From the NCBI GenBank assembly GCA_964584165.1, contig CAZOYW010000002.1, positions 35,488 through 99,487 of the forward strand: a stretch of DNA of 64,000 nucleotides, written 5' to 3'. Numbering within the stretch: the first letter of the stretch is position 1; every line of letters begins with the position of its first letter. Source of the DNA: an uncultured bacterium. GTDB taxonomy: Bacteria; Auribacterota; Erginobacteria; Erginobacterales; CAZKCI01. The notes below the pieces were generated by a model, which was given only the letters and a program-made list of their open reading frames with translations, searched no databases and was not told the DNA's origin. This document shows positions 53,762 through 63,994 of this stretch, in pieces. The translations under genes and the position numbers were made by a program.

Positions 53762-54646
53762 TCATGGCCCGCTTTCGTTTCCGGGAGGAAGGGGAGCGGT
53801 CGGGGAAGGGGCGGCGGGCGCGGCAGGGCCGATCGAGGTCTCTTCCGAGGCGGACGCTTCCGCCGCCGGACCGCTTGGCTGCGCGCCGCTCGCCGCCGTC
53901 GGCCCGCCGCCCTTTTCCCGGATCAGCGCCCCGCGATCGTAGATCTCCGTCCTGACCTGGCGGCCTTCGCCGTCCCAGTAGGTCCAGGTCCCATCCTTCA
54001 AGTCTTCCCGGTAATCACCCTCGCTCCGCCGCCGTCCGGCGGAATCCCAGACGACGAAACGCCCTTCCCGCATCCCGGATTGGAAGGTTCCCTGGAGCAT
54101 CTTCTGGCCGTTGTCGTGCCAGAAGGTCACGGGACCCTCCTCCCTCCCGCCCGCGAAGACCCCGGAGAATTTCCGGGCGCCGTTTGGGTGCCAGAGCGTC
54201 CAGCGCCCCTCCTTCTTCCCGGCGGCGTAGCGGCCCTGGGCCTCCGGCTGGCCGTCGGCGAACCAGGAGAGGAACCTTCCGTCCTCCCTCCCGTCGCGAT
54301 ACTCGGCCTCCTGGCGCTTCTGTCCGCTCTCATACCAGAAGGTCCAGACCCCTTCCCGGCCCGCGGCGGGGACGCTGCTTTCGCCCCGCGGGCCGTCCCG
54401 CCGTCCCCGGCGGTAGGAGCCGACCGCGAGCACTTCTCCGCCGGGATACCAGAACGTCCACTCGCCCTCCAGGAACTCGCCGTCGTCCGGGTCCCCGAGG
54501 ACCTTCCCGCGGGCGAACTGGCTCCCGTTGGGATAGCGTTCGACGGCAATCCATTCGCCATCCGGCGGGGGAGAGCGGGCGGGTGGCGAGGGGAGGAGGA
54601 GGGGGAGGAGAAGGAGCGCGACGGCTCGACGCGGATCGCCAGACAT
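53762..54646 (-). CDS. MORN-variant repeat protein (YwqK-like), secreted
   Basis: Repeated G(K/R)xEGxWTxW(Y/H)xNGxK units (GKKEGRWTLWHPNGARK; EGPVTFWHDNGQK). Confidence 0.6.
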   Translation of the reverse strand: MSGDPRRAVALLLLPLLLPSPPARSPPPDGEWIAVERYPNGSQFARGKVLGDPDDGEFLEGEWTFWYPGGEVLAVGSYRRGRRDGPRGESSVPAAGREGVWTFWYESGQKRQEAEYRDGREDGRFLSWFADGQPEAQGRYAAGKKEGRWTLWHPNGARKFSGVFAGGREEGPVTFWHDNGQKMLQGTFQSGMREGRFVVWDSAGRRRSEGDYREDLKDGTWTYWDGEGRQVRTEIYDRGALIREKGGGPTAASGAQPSGPAAEASASEETSIGPAAPAAPSPTAPLPPGNESGP

Positions 54647-54697
54647 GGGAACTGGAAATATTGCCCGGGCGCGGGCTAAGGTTCGCGCCCGGGGAAA

Positions 54698-55552
54698 TTA
54701 CTCGATGACCAGGGGCTCCTGGCGGTCGAAATCGGCGATCTCGAAGGAGACGGCTTTGCCCTCTTCGGAGACGACGAACTTGGCCGGGACCTCCCGCTTT
54801 TCCCCGCCGATCTCCTGGTAGGCGCGGGGCGCCCGCTCCCCGAAGGAGCCGAAGTCGGTCAGGATGGCGAGGTTGCCCTCCGGGTCGATCTGGAGGCCGT
54901 TCACCTGCCCTTCGTAGGCGAATCGGATCGCCGCCGGATCGCCCCCCGGGAGGACCGTGAAGCGGGAGCGGGGGTTCCCCCCCTCGAAGCGGTAGAGGAG
55001 GTCGATCTTCGGATAGAGGCCCTGGTAGGAGACCTCCTCGAAGGTGGGGATGTTCGGCCGCCAGTTGGCCTGGGAGCCGATGAAGTAGTTGACCTTGCCG
55101 GGGAGCTCCTTCCCGCCGGCAACGGCGACGGCCTCCTCGGCCCCGGAAAACTTGACCCGGAAGACCAGACGGTCGTATTCCTTCTTCTTCTCCGCCTCCC
55201 GGTCCGGTCCGCGCGGCCCCCGCTCCTCCGCCTCCCCCTCCGCCGACTCCTTCTCGCGGAGGAAGTCGTAGACCACTTCGGAGGGGGTGAAATAGACCGT
55301 CCCCCGGGCCCCCTTGACGTAATACTTCACGGCCGCGTCGACCTGTCCCCGGTTCTCGGTGAAGAAGGGGGAGACCTTGCCGTAGGCGGCGGCGGCCTCT
55401 CCCTTGGCCGCCGCGGCGGCGGCCTCCGGGGCGGGAGTGATCTGCGCGGCGGGAGTCGCCGCGGCGGGCGCGGTTTTACGCTCCGCGCTCGGCCCGCCGG
55501 CGCAGCCGGCGGCGGCGAGGGCGAGGAGGGCGATGGCGGCGGGTAGTTTCAT
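54698..55552 (-). CDS. Lipoprotein of unknown function
   Basis: Start MKLPAAIALLALAAAGCAGG (lipobox) at 55552. FTENRGQVDAAVKYY resembles the N-terminal modules of SBBP/beta-propeller surface proteins. Confidence 0.45.
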   Translation of the reverse strand: MKLPAAIALLALAAAGCAGGPSAERKTAPAAATPAAQITPAPEAAAAAAKGEAAAAYGKVSPFFTENRGQVDAAVKYYVKGARGTVYFTPSEVVYDFLREKESAEGEAEERGPRGPDREAEKKKEYDRLVFRVKFSGAEEAVAVAGGKELPGKVNYFIGSQANWRPNIPTFEEVSYQGLYPKIDLLYRFEGGNPRSRFTVLPGGDPAAIRFAYEGQVNGLQIDPEGNLAILTDFGSFGERAPRAYQEIGGEKREVPAKFVVSEEGKAVSFEIADFDRQEPLVIE

Positions 55553-55709
55553 GGCTTCCTCCGAGATTGGCGATTTTTTCACATTATATATCTCCCTCCG
55601 CGCCCGGCGCCAGAGCTATCGATGGGTCCGCCGGACGAAAAAATGTCTTGCGCGTTTCGGCCCCAGTGCTACGATTGTATCAAACGTGCTACCAAGAAGG
55701 AGGGCGCTG

Positions 55710-56126
55710 ATGAACCGACTGGTCCGTTTCGGGATCTCCCTGGAGGAAGGGCTGCTCCGCAGCTTCGACCGCCTGATCCGGCAACGCGGCTACGGCAACC
55801 GCTCGGAGGCGATCCGCGACCTGATCCGGGCCGATCTCGTCTCCCAGGAGTGGCGGGAGGGGGGCGAGGTGGTGGGGGTGGTGATGACCGTCTTCGACCA
55901 CCACCGGCGCAATCTTCTATCCACGCTGACCGACGTTCAGCACGAGTCGTATTCCCGCGTCCTCGCCTCCCAGCACATCCATCTCGATCACGACCACTGC
56001 CTGGAAACGGCGATCGTGAGGGGGAAGGGAGAGGAGGTCGAGGAACTGGCCAACCGCCTCAAGGCCCTGAAGGGGGTCAAGCACGCCGCCCTGGTCATGA
56101 CCACCACCGGGAAAAAGATCGGCTGA
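55710..56126 (+). CDS. nikR: Nickel-responsive regulator NikR
   Basis: MNRLVRFGISLEEGLL (RHH), a C-terminal metal-binding domain with HxxxH...C, and a perfect AAGGAGGG SD. Confidence 0.8.
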   Translation: MNRLVRFGISLEEGLLRSFDRLIRQRGYGNRSEAIRDLIRADLVSQEWREGGEVVGVVMTVFDHHRRNLLSTLTDVQHESYSRVLASQHIHLDHDHCLETAIVRGKGEEVEELANRLKALKGVKHAALVMTTTGKKIG

Positions 56127-56165
56127 ACCCGTCGCGCGTCTGACTCCGGGCGGAGAGGAGGAGAA

Positions 56166-57329
56166 GTGAGGATAATCTGTCTGATCGCGGCCGCGGGGGC
56201 GCTGACCCTGGCCCTCCCCCGCTTCGGCCGGGCCCAGGAGGACCCCCGGATCCGCGAGCTGGAGGAAAGGATCCGGGTCCTGGAAGAGCGCGCTGCCCCG
56301 GCCGCCGCGCCCGCCGCGGAGGAGGCCGGGGTAAAGAGCCGGCCCTTCCTGGCCGAGAACCTGCTGGAGAAGAAGTTTCTGGAGGGGATCGAGCTGGTCC
56401 CCGGGGTCCTCCTCTCCGGTCTCCTGGAGGTGGAAGCCGAGTACGAGGCGCTCCGGGCCGAGGAGGGCGAAGACCGGAAGAGCAGCGACCTCAAGCTCGC
56501 CACCTTCGAGCTGGGCTTGGACGTCGACGCGATCCGCTACGTCCACGCCCACGCCCTCCTCCTCTGGGAGGAGGACGAGACCGAGCCGGTCGACCTGGAC
56601 GAGGGCTTCGTCACCCTGGGCGCGGAGGAGGACTTCCCGGGCTATCTCACGGCGGGGAGGCTCTACGTCCCCTTCGGTGTCTTCGAGAGCCATTTCATCA
56701 GCGATCCGCTGACCCTGGAGCTGGGGGAGACGCGGGAGTCGGCGGTCCTGGTCGGATACGAGGACGATCTGCTCGGCGCCGCCCTGGGCGCCTTCCGGGG
56801 CGAGGTCGGCAAGGCCGGCACGGACCCCCGCGTCAACAACCTCGTCGCCGCCCTGAACTTGGCGCCGGTCGAGGGGTTGACCCTGGGCGGATCCTGGATC
56901 ACGGACATCGCCGAGGGAGCGGGTTTCTCCGACCTGATCCCGGAAGGGGAGGTCGAGGAGTTCGTCGGCGGCGTCAGCGCCTATTTCATACTCGAGCTCG
57001 GCCCCCTCGTCCTCAACGCCGAGTACCTTGGGGCGCTCAAGAGCTTCGAGGAGATCCCCGATCCCGAGGGGAAGGGGACCGAGCTGGAGGGGAAGGAGCC
57101 CAAGGCCTGGAACACGGAGCTGACCTGGGCTTTCGTTGCAGACTGGGAGGCCTCGGCCCGCTACGAGGGCTCGGACGAGTTCCCCGGTTTTCCGGAGAAC
57201 CAGGGCGGGTTCTGCCTCTCCTGGGGCTGCTTCCCCAACACCACCGTGAGCGCCGAATACCTATACGGCGAGTACGAGAACGGCGACCAGCGGAACCTAA
57301 CCACCGCCCAGCTGGCGTTCGAGTTCTAG
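56166..57329 (+). CDS. Outer-membrane porin (LbtU-like) in the nickel-uptake cluster
   Basis: Signal peptide, coiled coil IRELEERIRVLEER, then a beta-barrel ending LAFEF. GTG start. Confidence 0.55.
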   Translation: MRIICLIAAAGALTLALPRFGRAQEDPRIRELEERIRVLEERAAPAAAPAAEEAGVKSRPFLAENLLEKKFLEGIELVPGVLLSGLLEVEAEYEALRAEEGEDRKSSDLKLATFELGLDVDAIRYVHAHALLLWEEDETEPVDLDEGFVTLGAEEDFPGYLTAGRLYVPFGVFESHFISDPLTLELGETRESAVLVGYEDDLLGAALGAFRGEVGKAGTDPRVNNLVAALNLAPVEGLTLGGSWITDIAEGAGFSDLIPEGEVEEFVGGVSAYFILELGPLVLNAEYLGALKSFEEIPDPEGKGTELEGKEPKAWNTELTWAFVADWEASARYEGSDEFPGFPENQGGFCLSWGCFPNTTVSAEYLYGEYENGDQRNLTTAQLAFEF

Positions 57330-57377
57330 CACCGGCGATTTGTGCGCCGGTTTACAAACGAAAAGGAGGAATCGGAC

Positions 57378-58433
57378 ATGCATATGGCGGATGCCTTGAT
57401 TTCCCCCGCCGTGGGCGGGACGCTGTGGGTGGTCTCGGGCGGGTTGATCGCCTGGTGCGCCCGGAAGCTGAAGGAGACCGCGCGGGAGCACCTCGTCCCC
57501 ATGATGGGCGTGCTCGGCGCCTTCGTCTTTGCTTCCCAGATGATCAACTTCTCGATCCCCGGCACCGGCTCGAGCGGCCATATCGGAGGCGGGCTGATCC
57601 TGGCCGTCCTGCTCGGCCCCTATGCCGCGTTCCTGACCATCACCTCGGTCCTGGTCGTGCAGGCGTTTTTCTTCGCCGACGGGGGGCTGCTGGCCTTGGG
57701 CTGCAACATCTTCAACTTGGGGTTCTTCCCGGCCTTTATCGCCTATCCCTTCATCTATCGGCCGCTGGCCGGGGGGCGCTGCGGCAGTCCCCGCTCCTGG
57801 GCCGCCGCGATCGTGGGCGCCGTCGTGGGGCTGGAAATGGGCGCGTTCAGCGTTGTCCTGGAAACGAAGGCCTCCGGAGTCTCGGAATTGCCGTTCGGGA
57901 CCTTTGTGCTTATGATGTTGCCGATTCACCTGGCGATCGGGGTTGTCGAGGGACTGGCCACCGCCGCCGTCGTCTCGTTCGTCGGCCGCGCCCGTCCCGA
58001 AGCGCTATACGCCGCGCCGAAAACGGGGACCGCGGTCAGTTTCCGGCCGGTGCTGATCGGCCTGGCGCTCGCCGCCGTCGCCGTGGGCGGCGTGGCGAGC
58101 TGGTTCGCGTCCACCTATCCCGACGGGCTGGAATGGTCGATCGCCCGGGTCACCGGCAAGGAGCAAGTCTTGGGGGAGGAAGCGGGTTGGCACAAGAGAC
58201 TGGCCGACGTGCAGGAGAGGACGGCGTTGCTGCCGGACTACGGTTTTAAGGCTTCCGAGCCCGAAGCCGCTCCCGCCGCAGCGACGGAAGCAAGCGCGGA
58301 ATCGTGGCCGGCGGTCAACGCCGGGACCTCGGTCGCGGGGATCGTGGGCGGGGTACTGACGCTGGCGCTGGCCGTCCTCGCCGGCTGGGCGCTCCGGTCC
58401 CGTTCGGTCCGCGGCGCCCCGGGCCGGGGTTGA
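57378..58433 (+). CDS. cbiM: ECF-type Ni/Co transporter substrate-capture component CbiM/NikM with a C-terminal CbiN/NikN-like extension
   Basis: Start MHMADALISPAVGG (a conserved Met-His N-terminus) with an AAAAGGAGGA SD, multiple TM helices, and a C-terminal extra TM (NikN-like). Confidence 0.75.
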   Translation: MHMADALISPAVGGTLWVVSGGLIAWCARKLKETAREHLVPMMGVLGAFVFASQMINFSIPGTGSSGHIGGGLILAVLLGPYAAFLTITSVLVVQAFFFADGGLLALGCNIFNLGFFPAFIAYPFIYRPLAGGRCGSPRSWAAAIVGAVVGLEMGAFSVVLETKASGVSELPFGTFVLMMLPIHLAIGVVEGLATAAVVSFVGRARPEALYAAPKTGTAVSFRPVLIGLALAAVAVGGVASWFASTYPDGLEWSIARVTGKEQVLGEEAGWHKRLADVQERTALLPDYGFKASEPEAAPAAATEASAESWPAVNAGTSVAGIVGGVLTLALAVLAGWALRSRSVRGAPGRG

Positions 58434-58452
58434 GCTGGTAAGGGAGGGCGTC

Positions 58453-59256
58453 ATGGGGCTGGCGGACTGGATCGAGATCGGGCGCATGGACGAGCTGGGG
58501 CGCCTGGACACCCCGGTCCACCGGATCGACGCGCGGGCCAAGGCGGTCGTCACGGTGGCTTTCATCGGCGTCGTGATGTCGTTCCCTATCTACGCGCTCT
58601 CCGCGCTGACCCCGTTTCTCCTCTATCCGGTCTTCCTCCTCTCGCTCGGCGGAATCCCGGTGCGGCACATCCTGAAGAAGCTGCTCGTGGCGGCGCCCTT
58701 CGCCCTGGCGGTGGGCCTCTTCAACCCCCTCCTGGATCGCCGGCCGGTGGCCTTCCTGGGGCCCTTCGCCGTCACGGGCGGGTGGGTGTCGTTCGCCTCC
58801 ATCCTGTTTCGCTTCATTCTGACGGTCGGGGCGGCGCTCTCCCTGGTCGCCTGCACCGGGATGTATCGCCTGGGCGCCGGCCTGGAGAAGCTCGGGGTCC
58901 CCCGCATGCTGGTCGTGCAGCTCCTCTTCCTCTACCGCTATCTCTTCGTGGTGGCGGGCGAGGGGGCCAAGATGCTGCGCAGCGCGGAGATCCGCTCCGG
59001 GCGTCGCGCCCTGCGCCTGGCCGCCTACGGTTCGCTCCTGGGGCACCTCCTCCTGCGCTCCCTGGACCGGGCGGAGCGCGTCTATCGCGCCATGGTCTCG
59101 AGGGGTTTCGACGGCCGTATCCGCCTCCGCCGGCCCCACCCCTTCCGCTGGTCCGACTGGACATTCGCCGGGGGCTGGCTGGCCTTCTTCCTCGCCGCCC
59201 GCCTCTGGAACCTCGCGTCCGCCCTGGGCCGCCTCTTCACGGGGATTGCGCCATGA
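58453..59256 (+). CDS. cbiQ: ECF transporter T component CbiQ/NikQ
   Basis: Polytopic membrane protein with a conserved ...AEIRSGRR... region. ATGA-coupled to cbiO. Confidence 0.7.
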   Translation: MGLADWIEIGRMDELGRLDTPVHRIDARAKAVVTVAFIGVVMSFPIYALSALTPFLLYPVFLLSLGGIPVRHILKKLLVAAPFALAVGLFNPLLDRRPVAFLGPFAVTGGWVSFASILFRFILTVGAALSLVACTGMYRLGAGLEKLGVPRMLVVQLLFLYRYLFVVAGEGAKMLRSAEIRSGRRALRLAAYGSLLGHLLLRSLDRAERVYRAMVSRGFDGRIRLRRPHPFRWSDWTFAGGWLAFFLAARLWNLASALGRLFTGIAP

Positions 59257-59996
59257 GCCACCATATCGTGGAAGTCTCCGATCTGCACTACGCCTACCCG
59301 GACGGAACGCCGGCGCTCCGGGGGGTTTCCTTCCGGATCGAGCACGGCGCCGCGGTGGCCGTCGTGGGCGGCAACGGCGCCGGCAAGTCCACTCTCCTGC
59401 TCCACCTCAACGGCTACCTCAAGGCCGGGCGCGGAACGGTGCGGATCGGGGACACGATCGTCGTCCGCGAGACCGCCGCGGAGGCCCGCCGGGCGGTGGG
59501 GCTGGTCTTCCAGGATCCCGACGACCAGCTCTTCATGCCGACCGTGGAGGAGGACGTCGCCTTCGGACCGCTGAACGCGGGCCTTCCGCCCGACGAAGTC
59601 GAGGCCAGGGTGGCGTCGGCCCTGGAGCGGGTGGGGATGGCGCACCTGCGGGGGCGTCCGCCCTACCGCCTCTCCGCGGGCGAGAAGAGGGCCGTGGCGA
59701 TCGCGACCGCGCTCGCGATGTCTCCGGACATCCTGGTCATGGACGAGCCGTCCGCCCACCTCGACCCCCGCGCCCGCCGCCGGCTGATCAGCCTCCTCAA
59801 GTCCTTCGAGCACACCAGGATCATCGCCACGCACGACCTGGAGTTGGTCGTCGAGGTCTGCTCGCGGGTAATCGTCCTCGACGGCGGTCGCGTCGTCGCG
59901 GACGGGCCGTCCGCGGCGGTCCTCTCCGACGAGCCTCTGCTCATCGCCCACGGCCTCGAGCGCCCGCACATCCTCCGCCACCTCCACCCGCACTGA
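59253..59996 (+). CDS. cbiO: ECF transporter ATPase CbiO/NikO
   Basis: Walker [22 protein letters not shown] signature, Walker B ILVMDEP. Confidence 0.8.
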   Translation: MSHHIVEVSDLHYAYPDGTPALRGVSFRIEHGAAVAVVGGNGAGKSTLLLHLNGYLKAGRGTVRIGDTIVVRETAAEARRAVGLVFQDPDDQLFMPTVEEDVAFGPLNAGLPPDEVEARVASALERVGMAHLRGRPPYRLSAGEKRAVAIATALAMSPDILVMDEPSAHLDPRARRRLISLLKSFEHTRIIATHDLELVVEVCSRVIVLDGGRVVADGPSAAVLSDEPLLIAHGLERPHILRHLHPH

Positions 59997-60114
59997 TCGG
60001 ACGGATGGACGGCGAAGTAACCACGAATCTCGCGAATCCGCGGTTTCTTTTTCGCCGGGCTAAGCCGTTGTTTTCCGTTCGCCTTCCCCCCCCGCTGGAC
60101 TACAATGGCTTGCC

Positions 60115-60969
60115 ATGCGCCCGTCCCTCAGCGCCAAGGAAGCCGAGCTCCGCGCGGGCCTGAAGAAGCTCGGCGGCGTGCTCATCGCCTTCTCCGGCGG
60201 GGTGGACAGCTCGGTCCTCCTGGCCGCCGCCGCCCGGGCGCTGCCGCGGAGGCGCCTCCTCGCCGTCACCGCCCGCTCGCCGACCTTCCCCCCCGAGGAG
60301 CTCAAGTCCGCCCGGGCGATCGCCCACAAGCTCGGCATCCGCCACCGCGTCGTCGAGTCGTCCGAGTTCGACGATCCGCGCTTCGTTGCCAACCCCCTCC
60401 GGCGCTGCTACTTCTGCAAGAGCGCGCTCTACCGGGGCCTCCGTCGGATCGCGCGGGAGGAAGGCCTGCCCGCCGTCGCCGACGCCACCAACCTCGACGA
60501 CCTCGGCGATTACCGCCCGGGAAGGCGCGCGGCGAGGGAGCGCGGCGTGGCGAGCCCGCTCCTCGCCGCCGGACTGAACAAGGCCGAGGTCAGGCTCCTG
60601 GGACGGCGCTATGGCCTGCCCAACTGGAAGAAGCCCGCCGCCGCCTGCCTCGCCTCCCGCGTCCCCTACGGGACGCGCCTCACGCCGCGCCTCCTCTCCC
60701 GGATCGCCGCCGCCGAGCGCCTTCTCAAGCGGATGGGGTTTGGGGAGGTGCGCGTCCGCCACCACGGGGAGATCGCGCGGATCGAGCTGGGACGGGCCGA
60801 GACGGCGAAACTCGCGGGACCGGCTTTCGCCCGCCGGGCCGTCTCCGGCCTGCGCCGTCTCGGCTGGCGCTACGTCGCCCTCGACCTCCGGGGCTACCGG
60901 ATGGGGTCCCTGAACCCGGGGGCTGAGGTTAAAAATCGGAGATTTGAAATTAGAAATCTCGAATTTTAA
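60115..60969 (+). CDS. larE: ATP-dependent sacrificial sulfur transferase LarE (Ni-pincer cofactor biosynthesis), PP-loop ATPase
   Basis: PP-loop AFSGGVDSS, the characteristic ...KPAAACLASRVPYG Cys motif, and a nickel-uptake genomic context. Confidence 0.7.
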   Translation: MRPSLSAKEAELRAGLKKLGGVLIAFSGGVDSSVLLAAAARALPRRRLLAVTARSPTFPPEELKSARAIAHKLGIRHRVVESSEFDDPRFVANPLRRCYFCKSALYRGLRRIAREEGLPAVADATNLDDLGDYRPGRRAARERGVASPLLAAGLNKAEVRLLGRRYGLPNWKKPAAACLASRVPYGTRLTPRLLSRIAAAERLLKRMGFGEVRVRHHGEIARIELGRAETAKLAGPAFARRAVSGLRRLGWRYVALDLRGYRMGSLNPGAEVKNRRFEIRNLEF

Positions 60970-61007
60970 ATTTCATATTTGAGATCCGAGATCATCCCGC
61001 GGTCGCC

Positions 61008-62762
61008 ATGGACCTTCCGAAGACCGATTTCCGCCTCTCCATGCTCGTCATCCTCCTCGGCGTCTGCGGGGGGGTGCTCGCTTCGGTCCTCTGGTATATC
61101 CAGGTGATCCGGGGCGACGAATACTCCCGCCTGGCCGAGGGGAACCGCATCCGCCTCGTCACCATCCCGGCCCCCCGGGGCACGATCTTCGACCGGGACG
61201 GGAAGATCCTGGCCGACAACCGCCCCGGCTTCGAGACGGCGGTCAACGTCGGCGAGGTGAGCGACCGGGACAAGCTGGTCTCCCGCCTGAGCGAGGTCCT
61301 GGAGATCGAGCCGGAGAAGATCCGCGCGCGCCTCGCCCGCTTCCGCCAGAAGCCTTTCGAGCCGGTCCGCCTCGCCACCGACATCGGGATCGCCCGGGCC
61401 ACGGTCTTCGAGGAGCGCAGCCCCGAATGGGAAGGGGTGGAGGTCCGGGTGAACCCGGTCCGGAACTACCCCTACGGGGCCGCCCTCGTCCACCTGATCG
61501 GCTACGTCGGCCAGATCGACGCGCGGGAGCTGGAGCGGCTCGGCGATCTCGGCTACGGCTCCCAGGACGATATCGGCAAGATCGGGGTGGAGGAGTCCTA
61601 CGATCTCTTCCTCCGCGGAGTCGCCGGGGGAGAGCAGCTCCAGGTCAACGCCCGCGGCTACCGGGACCGGGTCCTGGCCGGGCGGGACCCCCAGGCCGGG
61701 AACAACCTTCACCTGACGTTGGACCTGCGCGCCCAGACCATCCTGGACGGGATTTTGGAGGGGCGGAAGGGCGCGGCCGTGGCCATCGACCCTCGCAACG
61801 GGGACCTCCTGGCCCTGGTCAGCAAGCCCTCCTTCGACCCCAACCTCCTCACCCGCCCGGTGGACGAGGAGTATCTCCAGGCGATCTTCTCCAGCCCCGA
61901 CTCCCCGATCCTGAACCGCGCCCTGGCCGGGGAATACCCCCCCGGCTCGCCCTTCAAGGTGGTAGTAGTCCTGGCGGGGTTCCGGTCGGGGAAGCTCAAC
62001 CCGGAGGCGCCCACCGACTGTCCCGGCTTTATCACGCTCGGCTCGACCGTCTTCCGCTGCTGGAAGGAAGGTGGGCACGGCCCCCTCGCCCTCCGGGAAG
62101 CGATCAAGAACTCCTGCAACGTGTACTTCTACCGCCTCGGCCTCGACCTCGGCATCGACCGCCTGCGGGAGGCGGCTCTCCTCGTCGGCTTCGGGGAGAA
62201 GGCCGGGATCGGCCTCCTGGGAGAGAAGGGGGGATTCGTCCCCTCCCGCGAATGGAAGAAGACGGCGCTTCACGAGGGGTGGTACCCGGGAGACACGGCC
62301 AACCTCTCCATCGGCCAGGGCTACATCCGGGTGACGCCGCTCCAGATGGCCGGACTGGGCGCGTTGATCGCGAGCCGCGGCAAGCTCTACAAGCCGCGCC
62401 TGGTCTCCCGGATCACCAACCCCCGGGGGGAGACGATCGAGGAGTACCCCCCGGTAGTCCGGAGGGAGATCCGCCTCCCGGCCCGCCAGTGGGACGACAT
62501 CTGGACCGGGATGGGCAAGGTGGTGAACGAGGAGGGAGGGACGGGGAGAGGGGCCGCCCATCCCCGGGTCATGGTTTACGGCAAGACCGGGACGGTCCAG
62601 GTGGGCGCGCCGCCCGACTATTCGACCCACGCCTGGTTTCTGGCCTTCGTCCCTTCCGGGGAGAGGCCGATCGTTCTCGCCTTGATCCTGGAGGAGCCGG
62701 GCTCGGGGGGAGAAGTGGCCGCCCCGGCGGCGGGGGAGTTCTTCCGGAAGTACTACGAGTAG
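61008..62762 (+). CDS. mrdA: Penicillin-binding protein 2 (class B PBP, elongasome transpeptidase)
   Basis: PBP dimerisation plus transpeptidase domains with SxxK (GSPFK), SxN (SCN) and KTG (KTGT). Confidence 0.85.
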   Translation: MDLPKTDFRLSMLVILLGVCGGVLASVLWYIQVIRGDEYSRLAEGNRIRLVTIPAPRGTIFDRDGKILADNRPGFETAVNVGEVSDRDKLVSRLSEVLEIEPEKIRARLARFRQKPFEPVRLATDIGIARATVFEERSPEWEGVEVRVNPVRNYPYGAALVHLIGYVGQIDARELERLGDLGYGSQDDIGKIGVEESYDLFLRGVAGGEQLQVNARGYRDRVLAGRDPQAGNNLHLTLDLRAQTILDGILEGRKGAAVAIDPRNGDLLALVSKPSFDPNLLTRPVDEEYLQAIFSSPDSPILNRALAGEYPPGSPFKVVVVLAGFRSGKLNPEAPTDCPGFITLGSTVFRCWKEGGHGPLALREAIKNSCNVYFYRLGLDLGIDRLREAALLVGFGEKAGIGLLGEKGGFVPSREWKKTALHEGWYPGDTANLSIGQGYIRVTPLQMAGLGALIASRGKLYKPRLVSRITNPRGETIEEYPPVVRREIRLPARQWDDIWTGMGKVVNEEGGTGRGAAHPRVMVYGKTGTVQVGAPPDYSTHAWFLAFVPSGERPIVLALILEEPGSGGEVAAPAAGEFFRKYYE

Positions 62763-62771
62763 GGAGATAAT

Positions 62772-62848
62772 GTGTCAGGTGTAAGGTGTCAGGTGTCAGG
62801 GAAGCGGTGCTGCGGTTATTTTTTCCCTGACACCTAACACCTGACACC
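62772..62848. terminator. Compound inverted repeat with GGTGTCA 7-mer arms and a T-run (terminator / REP-like)
   Basis: gtgtcaggtgtaaggtgtcaggtgtcaggg-N-ttattttttccctgacacctaacacctgacacc. Confidence 0.7.
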
Positions 62849-62902
62849 GGATTGACCGCGTGATAAATCTCGTTCGAGAAAGATAGCTTTGTCGTCACCG
62901 CC

Positions 62903-63994
62903 ATGTTCCGCCTCCTGAAATACCTCGACTGGTGGCTCATCGCGGCGCTCCTCGCGCTCGCGACGATCGGCCTCTTCTTCATCGGGAGCGCCTCCTTCCA
63001 GCTCCAGCAGGCGACCGGGGTGGATTTCGTCCAGCGCCAGCTCAGCTGGCTGGCCATCGGCCTCCTCCTCTTCCTGGTCCTCTCCCTCTTCGACTACCGC
63101 CGCCTCGTCTCCGCCTCCTACGTCATCTACGGCGCGGTCTTCGCCTTCTTGCTCCTGATCGCGGTCCTGGGCGAGATCCGCTTCGGCGCCCGGCGCTGGA
63201 TCCAGCTCGGCGCCTTCACCGTCCAGCCCTCCGAGTTCGCCAAGCTCGCGCTGGTCCTGACCCTTTCCCGCTTCCTCGCCTCCGCCTCCGCCCAGCGCCG
63301 CCAGTGGAGGTTCGTTCTCATCCCCTGCCTCCTCGCCGCCCTTCCGGCGGGGCTGATCCTGAAACAGCCCGACCTGGGGACGGCGCTGCTCCTCGTCCCC
63401 CTGACCATCGGGATGGTCTTCGTGGCCGGGGCGCGCCTCAAGCACCTTCTCATCCTCGCCCTCCTCTTCGCCGCGGTTTCCCCTGGCTTTTGGTTTTTCC
63501 TCAAGGACTATCAGAAGAACCGCCTCCTGGTTTTCCTCGACCCGGCCCGCGACCCCCTGGGTGCGGGCTACACGGTGATCCAGTCCAAGATCGCCATCGG
63601 CTCGGGGGGGGTCTGGGGAAAGGGCCGGATGCAGGGGACGCAGAACATGCTCAGCTTCCTCCCCGAGCGCCAGACCGACTTCATCTTCTCGGTGGTGGCC
63701 GAGGAGTCGGGCGCGGCCGGTTCGCTCCTGGTCCTCGCCCTCTACTCCCTGGTGGTCTTCCGCCTCTACCGGATCGCCCGCGCCTCCCGCGATTTCTCGG
63801 GGAAACTCGTGGTCGCGGGCTCCATCCTGGTCTTCTCCAGCCACGTCATGATCAACGTGGGGATGGCGATGGGACTCCTCCCGGCCACCGGCCTCCCTCT
63901 CCCGTTCCTGTCCTACGGCGGCTCCATCACCACCACCATGTTCGCCCTGATGGGGATCTGCCAGAGCGTGTATATACACCGATATTACTATTAG
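62903..63994 (+). CDS. rodA: Rod shape-determining protein RodA (SEDS family)
   Basis: FtsW/RodA/SpoVE fold with QPSEFAKLALVL ... PDLGTALL ... AEESGAAGS. Confidence 0.85.
   Translation: MFRLLKYLDWWLIAALLALATIGLFFIGSASFQLQQATGVDFVQRQLSWLAIGLLLFLVLSLFDYRRLVSASYVIYGAVFAFLLLIAVLGEIRFGARRWIQLGAFTVQPSEFAKLALVLTLSRFLASASAQRRQWRFVLIPCLLAALPAGLILKQPDLGTALLLVPLTIGMVFVAGARLKHLLILALLFAAVSPGFWFFLKDYQKNRLLVFLDPARDPLGAGYTVIQSKIAIGSGGVWGKGRMQGTQNMLSFLPERQTDFIFSVVAEESGAAGSLLVLALYSLVVFRLYRIARASRDFSGKLVVAGSILVFSSHVMINVGMAMGLLPATGLPLPFLSYGGSITTTMFALMGICQSVYIHRYYY

Noticed and set aside
60115-60969. Alternative assignment of the PP-loop protein as a tRNA thiolase or QueC-like enzyme
   Set aside because: The conserved AACLASR cysteine motif and the immediate nickel-importer context favour LarE. 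Low residual uncertainty is reflected in the confidence score.
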